From Eledone cirrhosa (Eukaryota), in NCBI GenBank assembly GCA_964016885.1, contig OZ024740.1, positions 265,670,001 through 265,734,000 of the forward strand: a DNA stretch of 64,000 bases, given 5' to 3'. Position 1 is the stretch's first letter, and each line of letters opens with the position of its first letter. Shown in pieces: positions 14,456-28,590 of this stretch. The notes under the pieces are model-generated. The model was not told where the DNA came from. It made no database searches and saw nothing but the letters and a program-made list of their open reading frames with translations. Both the position numbers and the translations under genes were made by a program.

Positions 14456-15065
14456 GTATATGTGAAGGAGGCAGATTAATTCCTTTCTTCAGCGCTGAAA
14501 ATAAATCTATGCATCAGCCAAGACTGGAGGCAAAGAAACTTTCTAAATTTTACAAGATAGATTCAATACACTCTGTTTCTGACCTTTCGTTTGTATAGCT
14601 ATGTGAATACTATACTGTTACCTATTACACGTCTGTTAAAAGCTACTTTCTTATTTGTATGTCACTCAAAGGCTGAATGCCAATATACATGTTACTAGGC
14701 ACTAATTTTTGTTCGCCTTTTGTGAGTTCGTGTTACAGTCAAGCTGATTCAGAGTCTCTATTGAAATAATGTGTTAGAGGGGATATTATTGTGATTTAAC
14801 GTACTTCATGTTTCATATAAAAGCACGAAAGCTTATAAAAGTGGTAGGAGGCATGCTTACAAAATTACGAAAGTAGATTTATCTAAATTCTGTAAAACAG
14901 AATGGTTATTCTTATTGTCATTTAACCCCATAGATATTGGTAGGTCGACACTGATCATTGTGGGGTACATTACACTGTGTTTCGATGAGAACAACCTCTA
15001 ACATATGCAAGTGATTGTGAGGGTTCTAAACAATTTAACAATAAAACATTTAACAATAAAACAGT

Positions 15066-15480
15066 TACACTTGGTTCTCGAATAATCGCCCCCACCCCAC
15101 CCCACCCCACTTGCTTATTAATTTTTCAGATTTTTTCCATCCCACCTCACTATTATTCGACCCCACTCCCGTTCCAGCTTATTAAGTTTTGCTATCTATC
15201 TCCGGCGAAATTTTATTTAAGTGGTGGCATTCCTGCGACAATTAATTTTCTTTATACATTAAAAAAACATATGTATGTCCAAAAAATCCCGTTACTAGAA
15301 ATCCCGCGTTGTAAAATAAATAGGATGCGTTGGGGTTTCAATATGTAAACTAAATGAATTCTGTTTTTTTTTTTTAAATGTCAACGGAGAAAACCTAGAA
15401 AAATTACCGAATCCTCCTCCCTATACCATCTCCCCCACTTATTCTAATCTCACCTCCATATTATTTGGGACCCGAGAGTA
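15066..15480. mobile_element. Tc1/mariner-type MITE
   Basis: Imperfect TIRs (tacacttggttctcgaataat versus reverse complement tactctcgggtcccaaataat), TA termini, no ORF. Confidence 0.5.
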
Positions 15481-15646
15481 CTCACTATAGATAGAAGAAT
15501 ATATACTTATATTTGCCTTGAGCAAAAATGTAATTTAATTATTTTAAAGTATTATTCAAAATCAGTTTTGATCTATGAATTTTTTAATATATTCTGCTTG
15601 ATTAATTTGAATAATATATAAATTTTACATATCACTTGCAACTCTA

Positions 15647-16024
15647 TTGTTTCTACTTTTGGCAGAAGGCCAGCAATTTGAAGGGAAGCGGGAAATTATA
15701 TCGACCAAAACATTAACTCTAAGTCACAAAGCATGTTGTTTGTCGCCGTATCGATACTTCTAACACCCCACCCTATAGTGTGTAATAATGGTTTCTGATT
15801 TAGGCAACAAACGAACAATGTTTGGTGAAGGGGATGGTCAATTAAATCGACCTCTATATGTTACTGCTAGTTTATTTTATTGTTAGTGCTAGTTTATTTT
15901 ATTGACCTCGTGAAAAGCCAAGCTAACCTCGTCGGGATTTTGAAATCAAAACGTAAAGGGTCATAACTATATGCCTTAAAGCATTTTGTGTGATGCTCTA
16001 CCGTAACTGCCAATCAACCACCCT
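15647..16024 (-). mobile_element. Two tandem decayed family-A SINEs
   Basis: ttgtttctacttttggcagaaggccagcaattt... and aagctaacctcgtcgggattttgaaatc..ctgccaatcaaccaccc match family A. Confidence 0.7.
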
Positions 16025-16237
16025 ATAGCTTGTAATAATAAGATGATCTGACTTTTAACCTTTCGTAAGAATAGCCTGAATATATGTCAAATGGATGTAG
16101 CTTAGTATCGAAAAAATAAGTAGGTTAATCATCGACAGACATCAAGTTGCTATTGGCTAATTCATTGTATTTTTGCAATACGATCAATATATAATTTTAA
16201 TGTAATAAACGTCTAGCAATTTTTTTTTTTTTTCTAG

Positions 16238-16285
16238 TTGAAGGGACTTACTGAATCTGGAGAAGAGAACGGAATCTTTTATTAA
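16238..16285 (+). CDS. Candidate terminal coding exon (LKGLTESGEENGIFY*)
   Basis: Poly-T + ctag| acceptor. Phase 0 matches the preceding candidate exon; TAA at 16283-16285. Confidence 0.4.
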   Translation: MKGLTESGEENGIFY

Positions 16286-16475
16286 GTTTAAATTGAGCCG
16301 TATATTGTACAAGTAATTATAATGTACCTAACCTACCTCTGAAAGGAGTCTAGTGTTTGCTGGAGATGGATCGTATCAAATTTCACAGCATTGATCTCAA
16401 AGAGCGTATATTTGCCTATGCAAAAAAGAGCATTAATCTAATACAGATTTGTTTTTCTTATGCGCCTCTTCAAAG

Positions 16476-16780
16476 ACGGTGGTTTGGCAGTATTGTTAGG
16501 GCGTCGAAAACTTGCTTTAAAGTATAGAGTTACGGCCCTCTACGTTCTCAGTTCAAATCCTGCCGAGGTTAGTTTTGCCTTTCATCCTTAAGGTGTCGTT
16601 GAAATAAAGTACCAGTAACGCATTGAGGTCGATTTAATCGTCATTCCACTTCCCCAAATTTGCTGGTCTTGTACCTGAAACAAAAACCATTATATGCTTC
16701 ATCAGGGCGGTGAATTTGCAGTATCGACAGAGCGTCGAACAACATGCTTGGTGGCATAGAGTTACGTTCCTTTACATGTT
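16476..16780 (+). mobile_element. Family-A SINE plus the head of a second copy
   Basis: ggtttggcagtattgttag box A, gttcaaatcc box B and gcctttcatcc core. Second head gggcggtgaatttgcagtatcg at ~16704. Confidence 0.8.
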
Positions 16781-18709
16781 TTGTTATTATTGATTGTTTT
16801 AAGGTAGATGGTTTCTTAAATTTAAGAACAGGGATTTCTAAATGCAAAAATTTCTAACATGCAAAAATTGAAGGTTATGATGGTCATGAATATCTCGAGA
16901 GTATATGTGACATAAGTAAAATGAAACAGCTTCAACCAGAAATTGAAATTTACTAACTTGGATAAACAAAAGCTTAACTTTTATTCTAAGGCGCTCACCG
17001 CTTGGCAATTTTAAATCACCAACCATAGAATACTGGATTATTTCTTTGTTCGAACATACTGACAACTTTAAAGCCGTAACTATATCGTCATAATTCCTGG
17101 AATATCACAATCAGGACTTATCTACCCAGTGCCATCATTTTGTTTTTGATGAAGGAGGTTGAAATTAGAAAAATAAACTTTGACTGCTATTTTTAAAGAA
17201 TTATTTGTATAACATACATTAAACCGTCGCCCAGTTTACCACTATCACCTGGCCCTTAGATGTTCCTTTGGCGGAGTTCACTCTGTTGCAACCATGAGGA
17301 ATAGGTTTCCTGTAAGATTAAAACTTCTTCCTCTCCCACCCAATAGTCACAGGGGTTCTGAAAATAGTAATAGATACTGCCGTTCGATCTCTGAATAAAC
17401 AGTAAAAACAATAGGTAGATGCGATATTCCAGCTTTTCCTTGAGATCCTTATTGGTGTATGTGCAAATTCAAAATATGAACGAAGGGAAAACAGCGAAGG
17501 TAAGGGTCATCGATAAGGCCACTGGGTGTGGCGAAAGGAATTTAACAATTAAACAATTAGTTGATTAGTTAACTGATTAATGGGTTAATTACCTGATTAA
17601 GGGGTGTGCATGTTTTCATTGGTGGCATGAACAAAAAGAATCATGCAAAACAGATAATTGAAAATGATATTTAAAGGAAATCGAAACTTCGACTCTGGCT
17701 CTTGCTTTACAGCATTCACTAGAGTTTCTCTTTTTTAATTACACTCCAAACATTGCAGTATTAGCAACGACCAATTTTGTCTTTCTTTACTATTTTCCTC
17801 TTTTAAATATTTCCATTTCTTTTGTCTTTCTTAATTTGATTATTCACAGAAGTTTCCAATATTTGATAATCTAATTAAATATAAATCATTATAAGAGGTG
17901 TAATTGCCAGAATGTTGATAAATTATCAATCCAGGTGAAAGGTTTACAGTCGTGATTTATTCTTTTGTCATTTCTTTGTTCTTTTCTGTTTTTCATTTTA
18001 ATCAAATAGGAACAGCCCCACCTGGTGTGTGCAGCGTTTGGAAAACTTTTTTCCGTCATTTTATTTTCGCTTTTCATTTTATAACTTTCTTTTTAATTTG
18101 TTTAATCCTATGGAGGGGAAGATTTTTTTTTTTTTTTGCGTGCGGTAGCATATTATTTTTTGTATCATATTGTCTGTATTTGTTTTTATTTTTTCAGTAA
18201 TTCATCAAGTTAAAGAACTATAATATTACGAACGTTAAAACTGCCATCTAATTACTGTGGAAACAGTTTTTCGCCTATAATTAATCCATGAAAATAATTA
18301 ATGTTTATACAGGTGCTCAAGTAAAACTCTCGAAATCAATCTCATTTGACAAGCGGCCATCCAATTTAGAAGAATTTAAAGTCTTTGATTTTTGGAACAC
18401 TTGTCTTTAAGTATATACTTATGTATATATCTATGTATGTATATATCTATGTATGTATCTATATATGTATATGAGTATCTATGTATGAGTGTATATACGT
18501 GTATTTATCTATGTATATGTGTATGTATATATATCTAAATATATATGTATCTATGTATGTATATATATATATATATATATATATGGGTATGTGTATCTGT
18601 TTATGCATATAGCTATGTATATGTCTATCTAAATATGTATGCATCTAAGTATGTATGCATTTATGCATGTATCTATGTATAATTTTGTCTTAGCTTATGG
18701 GTTTGTGTG

Positions 18710-18960
18710 AAGTGCATGGCTTATTTGTTACGGTTTTCGGGTCACGTTCGAATGGTTGTGAGTTCGATTCCAGGTGCCGTGAACAGAAAATATACTTTAC
18801 GTTGCTCCAGTCCACTCCGCTGGTAAAACTCCGGCGTACTTGTGATTCAAAGTGCCAACATTGTCACACATTGCATCAGGATTTATTTTACGAGCAAGCT
18901 TACCGTTGTTCGAACACTTGGCGTCATGAGAAACGGACGTTCAAAATACACACATGCAAA
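18710..18960 (+). mobile_element. tRNA-derived CORE-like SINE (family C)
   Basis: Box B gagttcgattcc, then gttgctccagtccactc..gtgattcaa. Related to 63450-63770. Confidence 0.6.
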
Positions 18961-19751
18961 CATATGCCTTTACCTGAGCTCATTTGATTTTGTCTTGTGC
19001 TTGAATGTGTGCACCTATGTATACGCGTGAGCACACGTGTTTGTGCCTGGTCGCGGTTGTTTCTATGTGTGCATGATTTATTCGCGTGAGCTTATGTGTT
19101 TGTGTCTGGTCATGCGTGTTTGTATTGTATGTATGCAGCTATGTAAGTATTTGCGGGAGCTCACGCGTTTGAGCCATGCCGCATGTGTGTATGTGTCTGG
19201 CGTATCCATATTTGAGCTTATGTATCTGTGTCTCGCTGCATGTAATTGTATGACTTTATTTGCCCCTAATTGTTTCACTTTTTTCTAATTTAGCAGTTAT
19301 ATTATTTTTGATTGATTTTCATTATTATATATATTTTTACTTTGACATTATCAATAAATGTGTTTCATTGTTACATAGAATGGAATAATTAGTCCATAAT
19401 AGAATATATTATAGAATAAGCGCAAGCATGGCTTTTGAATGATGGTATTCCTTTCGAAAACAGACAATTTCGGTTCAGGTACACTGCGTGGAACCATGGA
19501 CAAGGTTATATAACAGCATGTAGACCAATGCCCTGTGTGTGACATTTGTGGAATCCTGTGCTACATTGTAGAAGTTCATCTTGTATAGATATGCTTATAT
19601 GTATGGTTTTAGGTGCATCTATCTATATTTCATAGAAATCAAATGAAAGGATTTCTCATTTCTTGATATTACCAAATTAACAATCCGACCTTGTGTTTTG
19701 ACGTACTGAAATATGCCGAGTATTTAGGAACTAATGTAAGCGTGTTGGGGA

Positions 19752-19933
19752 TTAGTGTGGATATGATAAAAAAGTGAAGTATTATATATTACACCTGTTA
19801 TTATTTGACAAACCCATTGATGGATCATATTCTAGAATATCATGATATTCTAGAATATGATCCATCAATGGGTTTGTCAAATAATAACAGGTGTAATATA
19901 TAACACTTCACTTTTTTATCATATCCACACTAA
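19752..19933. repeat. 182-bp spacerless palindrome
   Basis: 91-bp arms centred on atca|tgat (19842/19843) with one mismatch. Each arm contains the sub-palindrome atattctagaatat. Confidence 0.95.
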
Positions 19934-20323
19934 ACTTGTATGTTGTTACATTCTTATCAAACAGAACATTCAATTTCTTCAATAAGCTCAGAGAATGAAA
20001 ACATATGCAACATTTAAACCAGAGTTCAACTGAGACAAACACCTACAAAAAGTACATTTTAATTACACAAAATGAAAAACAACATAACGACATTTACAAA
20101 CCGAAGAACTGACTTGGATTAACGAAAACGTAGCATAGAAAGTTGTAATGGAACGATGTCAATGTCATGCCGCATACATTGCCATGAATATTTTACACCA
20201 AGAATATATATAGAGAGAGATATATATACGAAGGACTAGCGTCCGAAACGTTAAGACCCTCTTCTTGCTATTTCAAGCGCTAACCTAATATATTCCTTCC
20301 ATATACTGTACCGGTTTACATTT

Positions 20324-20368
<45 letters not shown>

Positions 20369-20741
20369 TTCAAGAGTAACCAATCTTAAAGAGAGAGATG
20401 GAGATATGAGAGGAAAGATTGGTGAGTTAGTTAGAAGCCAAAGCGTAAAGGCATGTGCTCAATGTGCAATATGCAGTAGAAATCAGCTAGGTGGCTGGGT
20501 TCATGCAGAAGTTAGTTGTGCAGAGCTGGAAATATTCATTAGTTAAGCAAAACAAGACCACAAATTTCACAAGGAAGACATTATTAAAAGATTGTCAACA
20601 TATTTTAGTTTGATGTAAGGAATGTAGAGAATAATAATATTAATAATAATAATGTCCGTTTAAAATTGTTTCGCTACTCCATATTATATTTCTGGATCAG
20701 ATGACTATATATCATAGTTGATCTGGTTCAGTTGAAAGTAA

Positions 20742-20810
<69 letters not shown>

Positions 20811-20938
20811 AAAGTTATATTTAAATTGTTGGGTTAACAACGAGTAAATATTTATAACTGATATAAAAGCACTCAACAAGTATTTGGAGTATATTTATGA
20901 TATTAAATAAATGGAAACTATATTTATAAAACCATATT

Positions 20939-21004
20939 TATTTCGTTATATATATTTCAGGGATATCATATTAACAATATGTTATGCCATCTTCAGACAA
21001 AATA
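20939..21004 (-). ncRNA. Type I hammerhead ribozyme in a PLE pLTR remnant
   Basis: tattttgt-CTGAAGA-stem II-GAAA-tatata-TA-acgaaata. Homologous to 50584-50649 and to the degenerate copy at 23145-23210. Confidence 0.75.
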
Positions 21005-21090
21005 CAATATAAACAGTCTTATAAATAAATAGATACGACATACCTTTCAATCACCTTGCATTTGGGAGGTTGATTTGGCAGTTGACTGTA

Positions 21091-21126
<36 letters not shown>

Positions 21127-21127
21127 C

Positions 21128-21191
<64 letters not shown>

Positions 21192-21359
21192 ATATATGTA
21201 TATAAGTGTATATATATATATTGTTATACTTTGTGAGGGTCATGTTGCCAATAAGAAACACACGCACCAAATGATTCACTTAAATTTATTATAGATTAAA
21301 TTTATAATTTAGGAATTTATAAATTTCCGGTTGGTTTGTTGTTTCCACAACCAGACGTA

Positions 21360-22750
<1,391 letters not shown>

Positions 22751-22895
22751 ATATATATTGTTATACTTTGTGAGGGTCATGTTGCCAATAAGAAACACAC
22801 GCACCAAGTGCTTTCACTTAAATTTATTATAAATTAAATTTATAAATTTAGGAATTTATAAATTTCCGGTTGGTTTGTTGTTTCCACAACCAAAC

Positions 22896-23009
<114 letters not shown>

Positions 23010-23688
23010 TTATATATATATATATATATACGTTTGGTTGGGGAAACAACAAACCAACGGTTCAAGTTTTTCCTGGACCAAGAAAAACTTGAACCGTTAA
23101 GTTATTCTTACCTGGTTATGTCAATATTTCTAGAACAAACTTTGTATTTTATCTGATGAGAGCGTACCAAAATGTTTGAAAGATTAAATTAAATATATAA
23201 TATAATAAATATGGTTATATAAATATAGTTTCCATTTATTTAATATCATTGAATATTATACTCCAGAAAACTTGTCGAGTGCTTTGAATCAGTTATAAAC
23301 ACTTATATTTGTTGAATTACCAACAAATTGAATATCTTTTTTGCTTACATACATACTTATATATAATTATATATATATATATAAATACATATATAAATAT
23401 CTATATAAATATATATATCTATCTATATATATAAATATATCTATATATATAAATATATATAAATATATATATATATAGAGAGAGAGAGAGAAGAAGTTTA
23501 TGAAATGGAAATGCGGGTATACAGAATTTATTAGGTAACACATAAGAGGATAACCACATGAGTACTATGAATAAAACACATCTAAGTCGAACTAGTATTG
23601 CACCACACACACACACATCAATAGGCATACTAATAGGTGCAAACCAGCAAATAGAGTCAGACGCAGAGAGTACATATGGTATAACCCC

Positions 23689-24405
23689 GTGTACAATTCT
23701 TCTATTAGCACTAAGATTATCTCACAAGTCTATACACTAATCAATAAACAATTTACAACTGCACATAAATACTATAAAATCTTTAACTCGCGCACCATTA
23801 GACTCTCATACTCCACTGCACCTAACATAGAACAACTAATTAAAAAACTCAACTCAGCAATACTGAATAAGTACATCCCTAATGACTCAGCGCACCAGCA
23901 TAGCAACATACAACGCACTAACACGCAACTACAACCCCACCAAACTATCCAGGATTCTACGGCAAAACATAAAAATAATTGTAACTGCAGCAAACCAGTT
24001 ACGTGCCCACTGAATAACGAGTGCCTAGCACGCAATATTGTCTACCGATGTACAATAAATTCCGGAACCAGCAAATGGTATTACGTCGGATGTACCGCAA
24101 CTTCTTTCAAGGCTCGCCTATACCAACATCGATCTTCGATTAGGCACGAGAAAATGCGCTCCGTAACAACCCTCGCCGATAAAGCCTGGCAGCTCCGGAG
24201 GAACAATCAAGCATTCTCCCTTGATTGGCAAATCATTGCAGCTGCGCCTGCATATAAGCAAAATCATCGATTCTGCATGTTATGCAATTTGGAGATATAC
24301 TGCATTTTAACGTCGGTAAACAAACTTTTGAACAGCAAAATTGAACGTTCTCTATACTGTAACCATCGTTTGAAAACGACTTTTTCTTTTTTTAAATGCA
24401 TATAA
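23689..24405 (+). pseudogene. Duplicated C-terminal part (CxC Zn finger + GIY-YIG) of the Naiad ORF
   Basis: CNCSKPVTCPLNNEC..IVYRC..YYVGCT..FKARLYQH..CMLCNLE..CNH; near identical to 26700-27404. Confidence 0.9.
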
Positions 24406-24814
24406 TGTTACCTTTTTACACCACCGTTTGCAAATTTCTGTTTTATATGTTTATACACAGGATATGGCTTTCTATAATAATAGTACTAAACACTGTTTTC
24501 TGGACCCCTTTAGAAATAACCTGCTACTATAATAGCCCCAATAACTTGTCTGTGACACTGTACCACTTTGACCCCTTTAACTAAATTTTGTCCGAACAAC
24601 ACCACTAGAAGAATTTACTTCCCCGCCAACCCTAACACGCCTCATTAAGCTAACTGCTGCCAAAACATTCTCTCCTTACAATCTCCACTAGTCTGACAGT
24701 CTTAAATCCTAAGACTCCCTCCACCTTACTCACTTCCCTCTTCCCCTTCTCTTCCTACATCCTTCTTTATCTTTTATCTAGTGTATACAATATTTTCATA
24801 TCATTCCAACACAA

Positions 24815-24931
24815 AGGTCTGACGACATGGTGTGTTTGCTTACAGTGTACCTTCGGTTTATGATAATATTTTTATATTATTCAAATAGCGAGGTATAGGT
24901 AACCCATACACTATAGAAACAATCGTTACCT
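24815..24931 (+). ncRNA. Type I hammerhead ribozyme with ~90-nt stem II
   Basis: aggt-CTGACGA-c atggtgtgt...atacactat a-GAAA-caatcg-TT-acct, then AATAAA. GUU triplet and 4-bp stem I. Confidence 0.65.
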
Positions 24932-25138
24932 AATAAATTCTGTATACCCGCATTTCCATTTCATAAACTTCTTCTCCATATTTTCTCCGGATTTTAAAAC
25001 ACGCTTTATTATACGTTGAGCAATCTCTGACGTCGGTTGACTCCATCCAATGCTACTACTTAGTAACATTGGAATACAAATTTATTAATTCTTCACACTC
25101 CTTTACAGTCGAGCAACCTATCAACCTACGTCTCTGAA

Positions 25139-27404
25139 ATGGAAAAACATCATTGTGGTATGTCCTTAAAAAACATACCCATTCAGGGTAAAACGGATTA
25201 CATTCTTGGTATAATACAAAGGACCAACGAATTTATTCGGCGGATTAGATGGAGGGCCTTCCACTTCGATAGGAAAAGGATTACACAAACTTCCGACACC
25301 AACAACGAGAAGTTTGGTTTCAAATCCTACAAAAACCCACCCTCTAACCCTCTTTTGGATTCTTTCGAACAGGACTTAATGAAAATGATAACCGGAATCA
25401 AATTTACAAACGGAAGGAAAAACGAACTGCAACGAGATATTAAAACTCTACTCGACAACCTAAGGAATACCAAAGGAATTATCATAAAGGCAGACAAAAC
25501 ATCGAATCTATACACTCTGGATGTAGAAACATAATAATTTCATACGTAAGAAATTACATAGGAAGTACAAAAAAACAAACGCAACTACACTAACCAACAT
25601 TAATAACGCAGCATGTGATATTGTTAAGAAACTGAAAATTGACGACAGAACGGTACCCCTATCTCCAGCTACACCGACTTTTAATCTGAAGGACCATAAG
25701 GATAAATTCGATACTAACCCTAAAATTAGATTAATATGTCCTTCAAAGTCCGATATAGGTAGAATTAGTAAGTACATATTAGATCGTATTATCCCCCAAG
25801 TTAAGGCTAAGGTAGATATTAAATTATGGGGTAATACTCATCAGGCAATAAGATGGTTCAATAACATTAGGGACAAAAACAAATCTTCTTTTATTCAATT
25901 CGATATAGATGAATACTATTCCTCTATTTCACCCGAAACCCTGCATAAGGCCCTCTCTTTCTCTAAGACTAACTCGGACCTCGAGGAAATTAATATTATA
26001 CTTGAAGCTAGACGCACAGTAGTGCACTTTGAAAATAGTTATTGGGTCCGCAGAGATAGACCCTCGGAATTCGACATTACGATGGGTTCTAATGATTCGG
26101 CGGAGGTCACGGATCTGGTTGGGATCTATATAGCCCATAGACTCCAGAGCGAATTTACGGACCTCCACGGCGGAATATACCGCGACGATACACTTCTATT
26201 AGTCAAGAATATGAACAAACAAAACCTAGAAAGGCGACGTAAAAACCTTAGGAAACTTTTCTTAGAACTAGGGCTTAATATTACCTTCGAACACAATCTT
26301 AAGGTGGTCAACTTCTTGGATGTCACCTTCAACCTTAATAACGGTAATATAGAGCCATTTCACAAACTTAATGAAAATTTCAAGTACGTTAATGTAAAAT
26401 CGAACCACCCTCATTCCATTATTAAATCTATCCCTAAAAATATATCCATAAGGATCTCCCGACTGTCGTCTAATTTGCAGACTTTCAACGAGCATGCTGA
26501 ATATTATAATGACGCACTTAGAAAAGCTGGTTACTGCGAGAAAATAGAATATCTAGACGATAACCACATAAGTACTATGAATAAAACACATCTAAGTCGA
26601 ACTAGTATTGCACCACACACACACATCAATAGGCATACTAATAGGTGCAAACCAGGAAATAGAGTCAGACGTAGAGAGTACATATGGTATAACCCCGTGT
26701 ACAATTCTTCTATTAGCACTAAGATTATCTCACAATTCTATACACTAATCAATAAACACTTTACAACTTCACATAAATACTATAAAATCTTTAACTCGCA
26801 CACCATTAGACTCTCATACTCCACTGCACCTAACATAGAACAACTAATTAAAAAACTCAACTCAGCAATAATGAATAAGTACATCCCTAATGACTCAGCG
26901 CACCAGCATAGCAACATACAACGCACTAACACGCAACTACAACCCCACCAAACTATCCAGGATTCTACTGCAAAACATAAAAATAATTGTAACTGCACCA
27001 AACCAGGTACGTGCCCACTGAATAACGAGTGCCTAGCACGCAATATTGTCTACCGAGGTACAATAAATTCCGGAACCAGCAAATGGTATTACGTCAGATG
27101 TACCGCAACTTCTTTCAAGGCTCGCCTATACCAACATCGATCTTCGATCAGGCAAGAGAAAATGCGCTCCGTAACAACCCTCGCCGATAAAGCCTGGCAG
27201 CTCCGGAGGAACAATCAAGCATTCTCCCTTGATTGGCAAATCATTGCAGCTGCGCCTGCATATAAGCAAAATCATCGATTCTGCATGTTATGCAATTTGG
27301 AGATATACTGCATTTTAACGTCGGTAAACAAACTTTTGAACAGCAAAATTGAACGTTCTCTATACTGTAACCATCGTTTGAAAACGACTTTTTTCTTTTT
27401 TTAA
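25139..27404 (+). CDS. Naiad-type PLE polyprotein (RT + GIY-YIG), one frameshift near 25531
   Basis: SLKNIPI..RRIRWRAFHF, KADKTSNLY, KDHKDKF..RLICPSKSDIG, FDIDEYYSSI, FDITMGSNDSAEVTDLVGIY, YRDD, NFLDV, SNHP, IWYNP, CNC..CPL and GIY-YIG. The second frame is open from ~25533 to 27404. Confidence 0.9.
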
Positions 27405-27823
27405 ATGCATATAATGTTACCTTTTTACACCACCGTTTGCAAATTTCTGTTTTATATGTTTATACACAAGATATGGCTTTCTATAATAATAGTACTAAAC
27501 ACTGTTTTCTGGACCCCTTTAGAAATAACCTGCTACTATAATAGCCCCAATAACTTGTCTGTGACACTGTACCACTTTGACCCCTTTAACTAAATTTTGT
27601 CCGAACAACACCACTAGAAGAATTTACTTCCCCGCCAACCCTAACACGCCTCATTAAGCTAACTGCTGCCAAAACATTCTCTCCTTACAATCTCCACTAG
27701 TCTGACAGTCTTAAATCCTAAGACTCCCTCCACCTTACTCACTTCCCTCTTCCCCTTCTCTTCCTACCTCCTTCTTTATCTTTTATCTAGTGTATAAAAT
27801 ATTTTCATATCATTCCAACACAA

Positions 27824-27940
27824 AGGTCTGACGACATGGTGTGTTTGCTTACAGTGTACCTTCGGTTTATGATAATATTTTTATATTATTCAAATAGCGA
27901 GGTATAGGTAACCCATACACTATAGAAACAATCGTTACCT
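27824..27940 (+). ncRNA. Type I hammerhead ribozyme with ~90-nt stem II (3' pLTR copy)
   Basis: Same sequence as 24815-24931 (offset 3009); AATAAA at 27941. Confidence 0.65.
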
Positions 27941-28182
27941 AATAAATTCTGTATACCCGAATTTCCATTTCATAAACTTCTTCTCCATATTTTCTCCGGA
28001 TTTGAAAACACAGTTTATTATACGTTGAGCAATCTCTGACGTCGGTTGACTCCACCCAATGCTACTACTTAGTAACATTGGAATACAAATTTATTATATA
28101 TATATATATCTATATATATAAATATCTATATATATCTATATATATAAATATCTATATATATCTATATATATAAATATATTTT

Positions 28183-28252
<70 letters not shown>

Positions 28253-28590
28253 GCCACACCTGGGGAGGGCCACACCTGCGCAATATTGCCAGAACCAACA
28301 ACAGAACACACTCACTGTCCGGTTGGTCTCCGCCTCTCGCCGCCTTTTATATATATATATCTGCGATCTAACTCACTCGGTCCTCAACGCCGCCACCGAC
28401 CGACCGATCAAAACATATATATATATATATATATATATACGTACAGTAGCATGCATATATTAAGTAAGTGCCGTTCTAAGAGTGAGAAACGAAATTTCGT
28501 TTTCATTTTATTTCAACTTATATATATATATATATATATATATAAATATATATATATATATCTATATCTATCTATCTATCTATCTATCTA

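Larger units (their letters stand above)
23488..28096 (+). mobile_element. Naiad-type Penelope-like retroelement with partial tandem (pLTR) structure, inserted in (TA)n
   Basis: 23550-25087 is a near-identical direct repeat of 26560-28096 (3' ORF + UTR) placed upstream of the full ORF. Short inverted 5' segment at 23488-23539. HHR in each pLTR. (TA)n on both sides. Confidence 0.92.

Noticed and set aside
20228-20325. acgaaggac tagc gtcc gaaacgtt HHR-like piece
   Set aside because: The 5' core is truncated by (TA)n; non-functional fragment.
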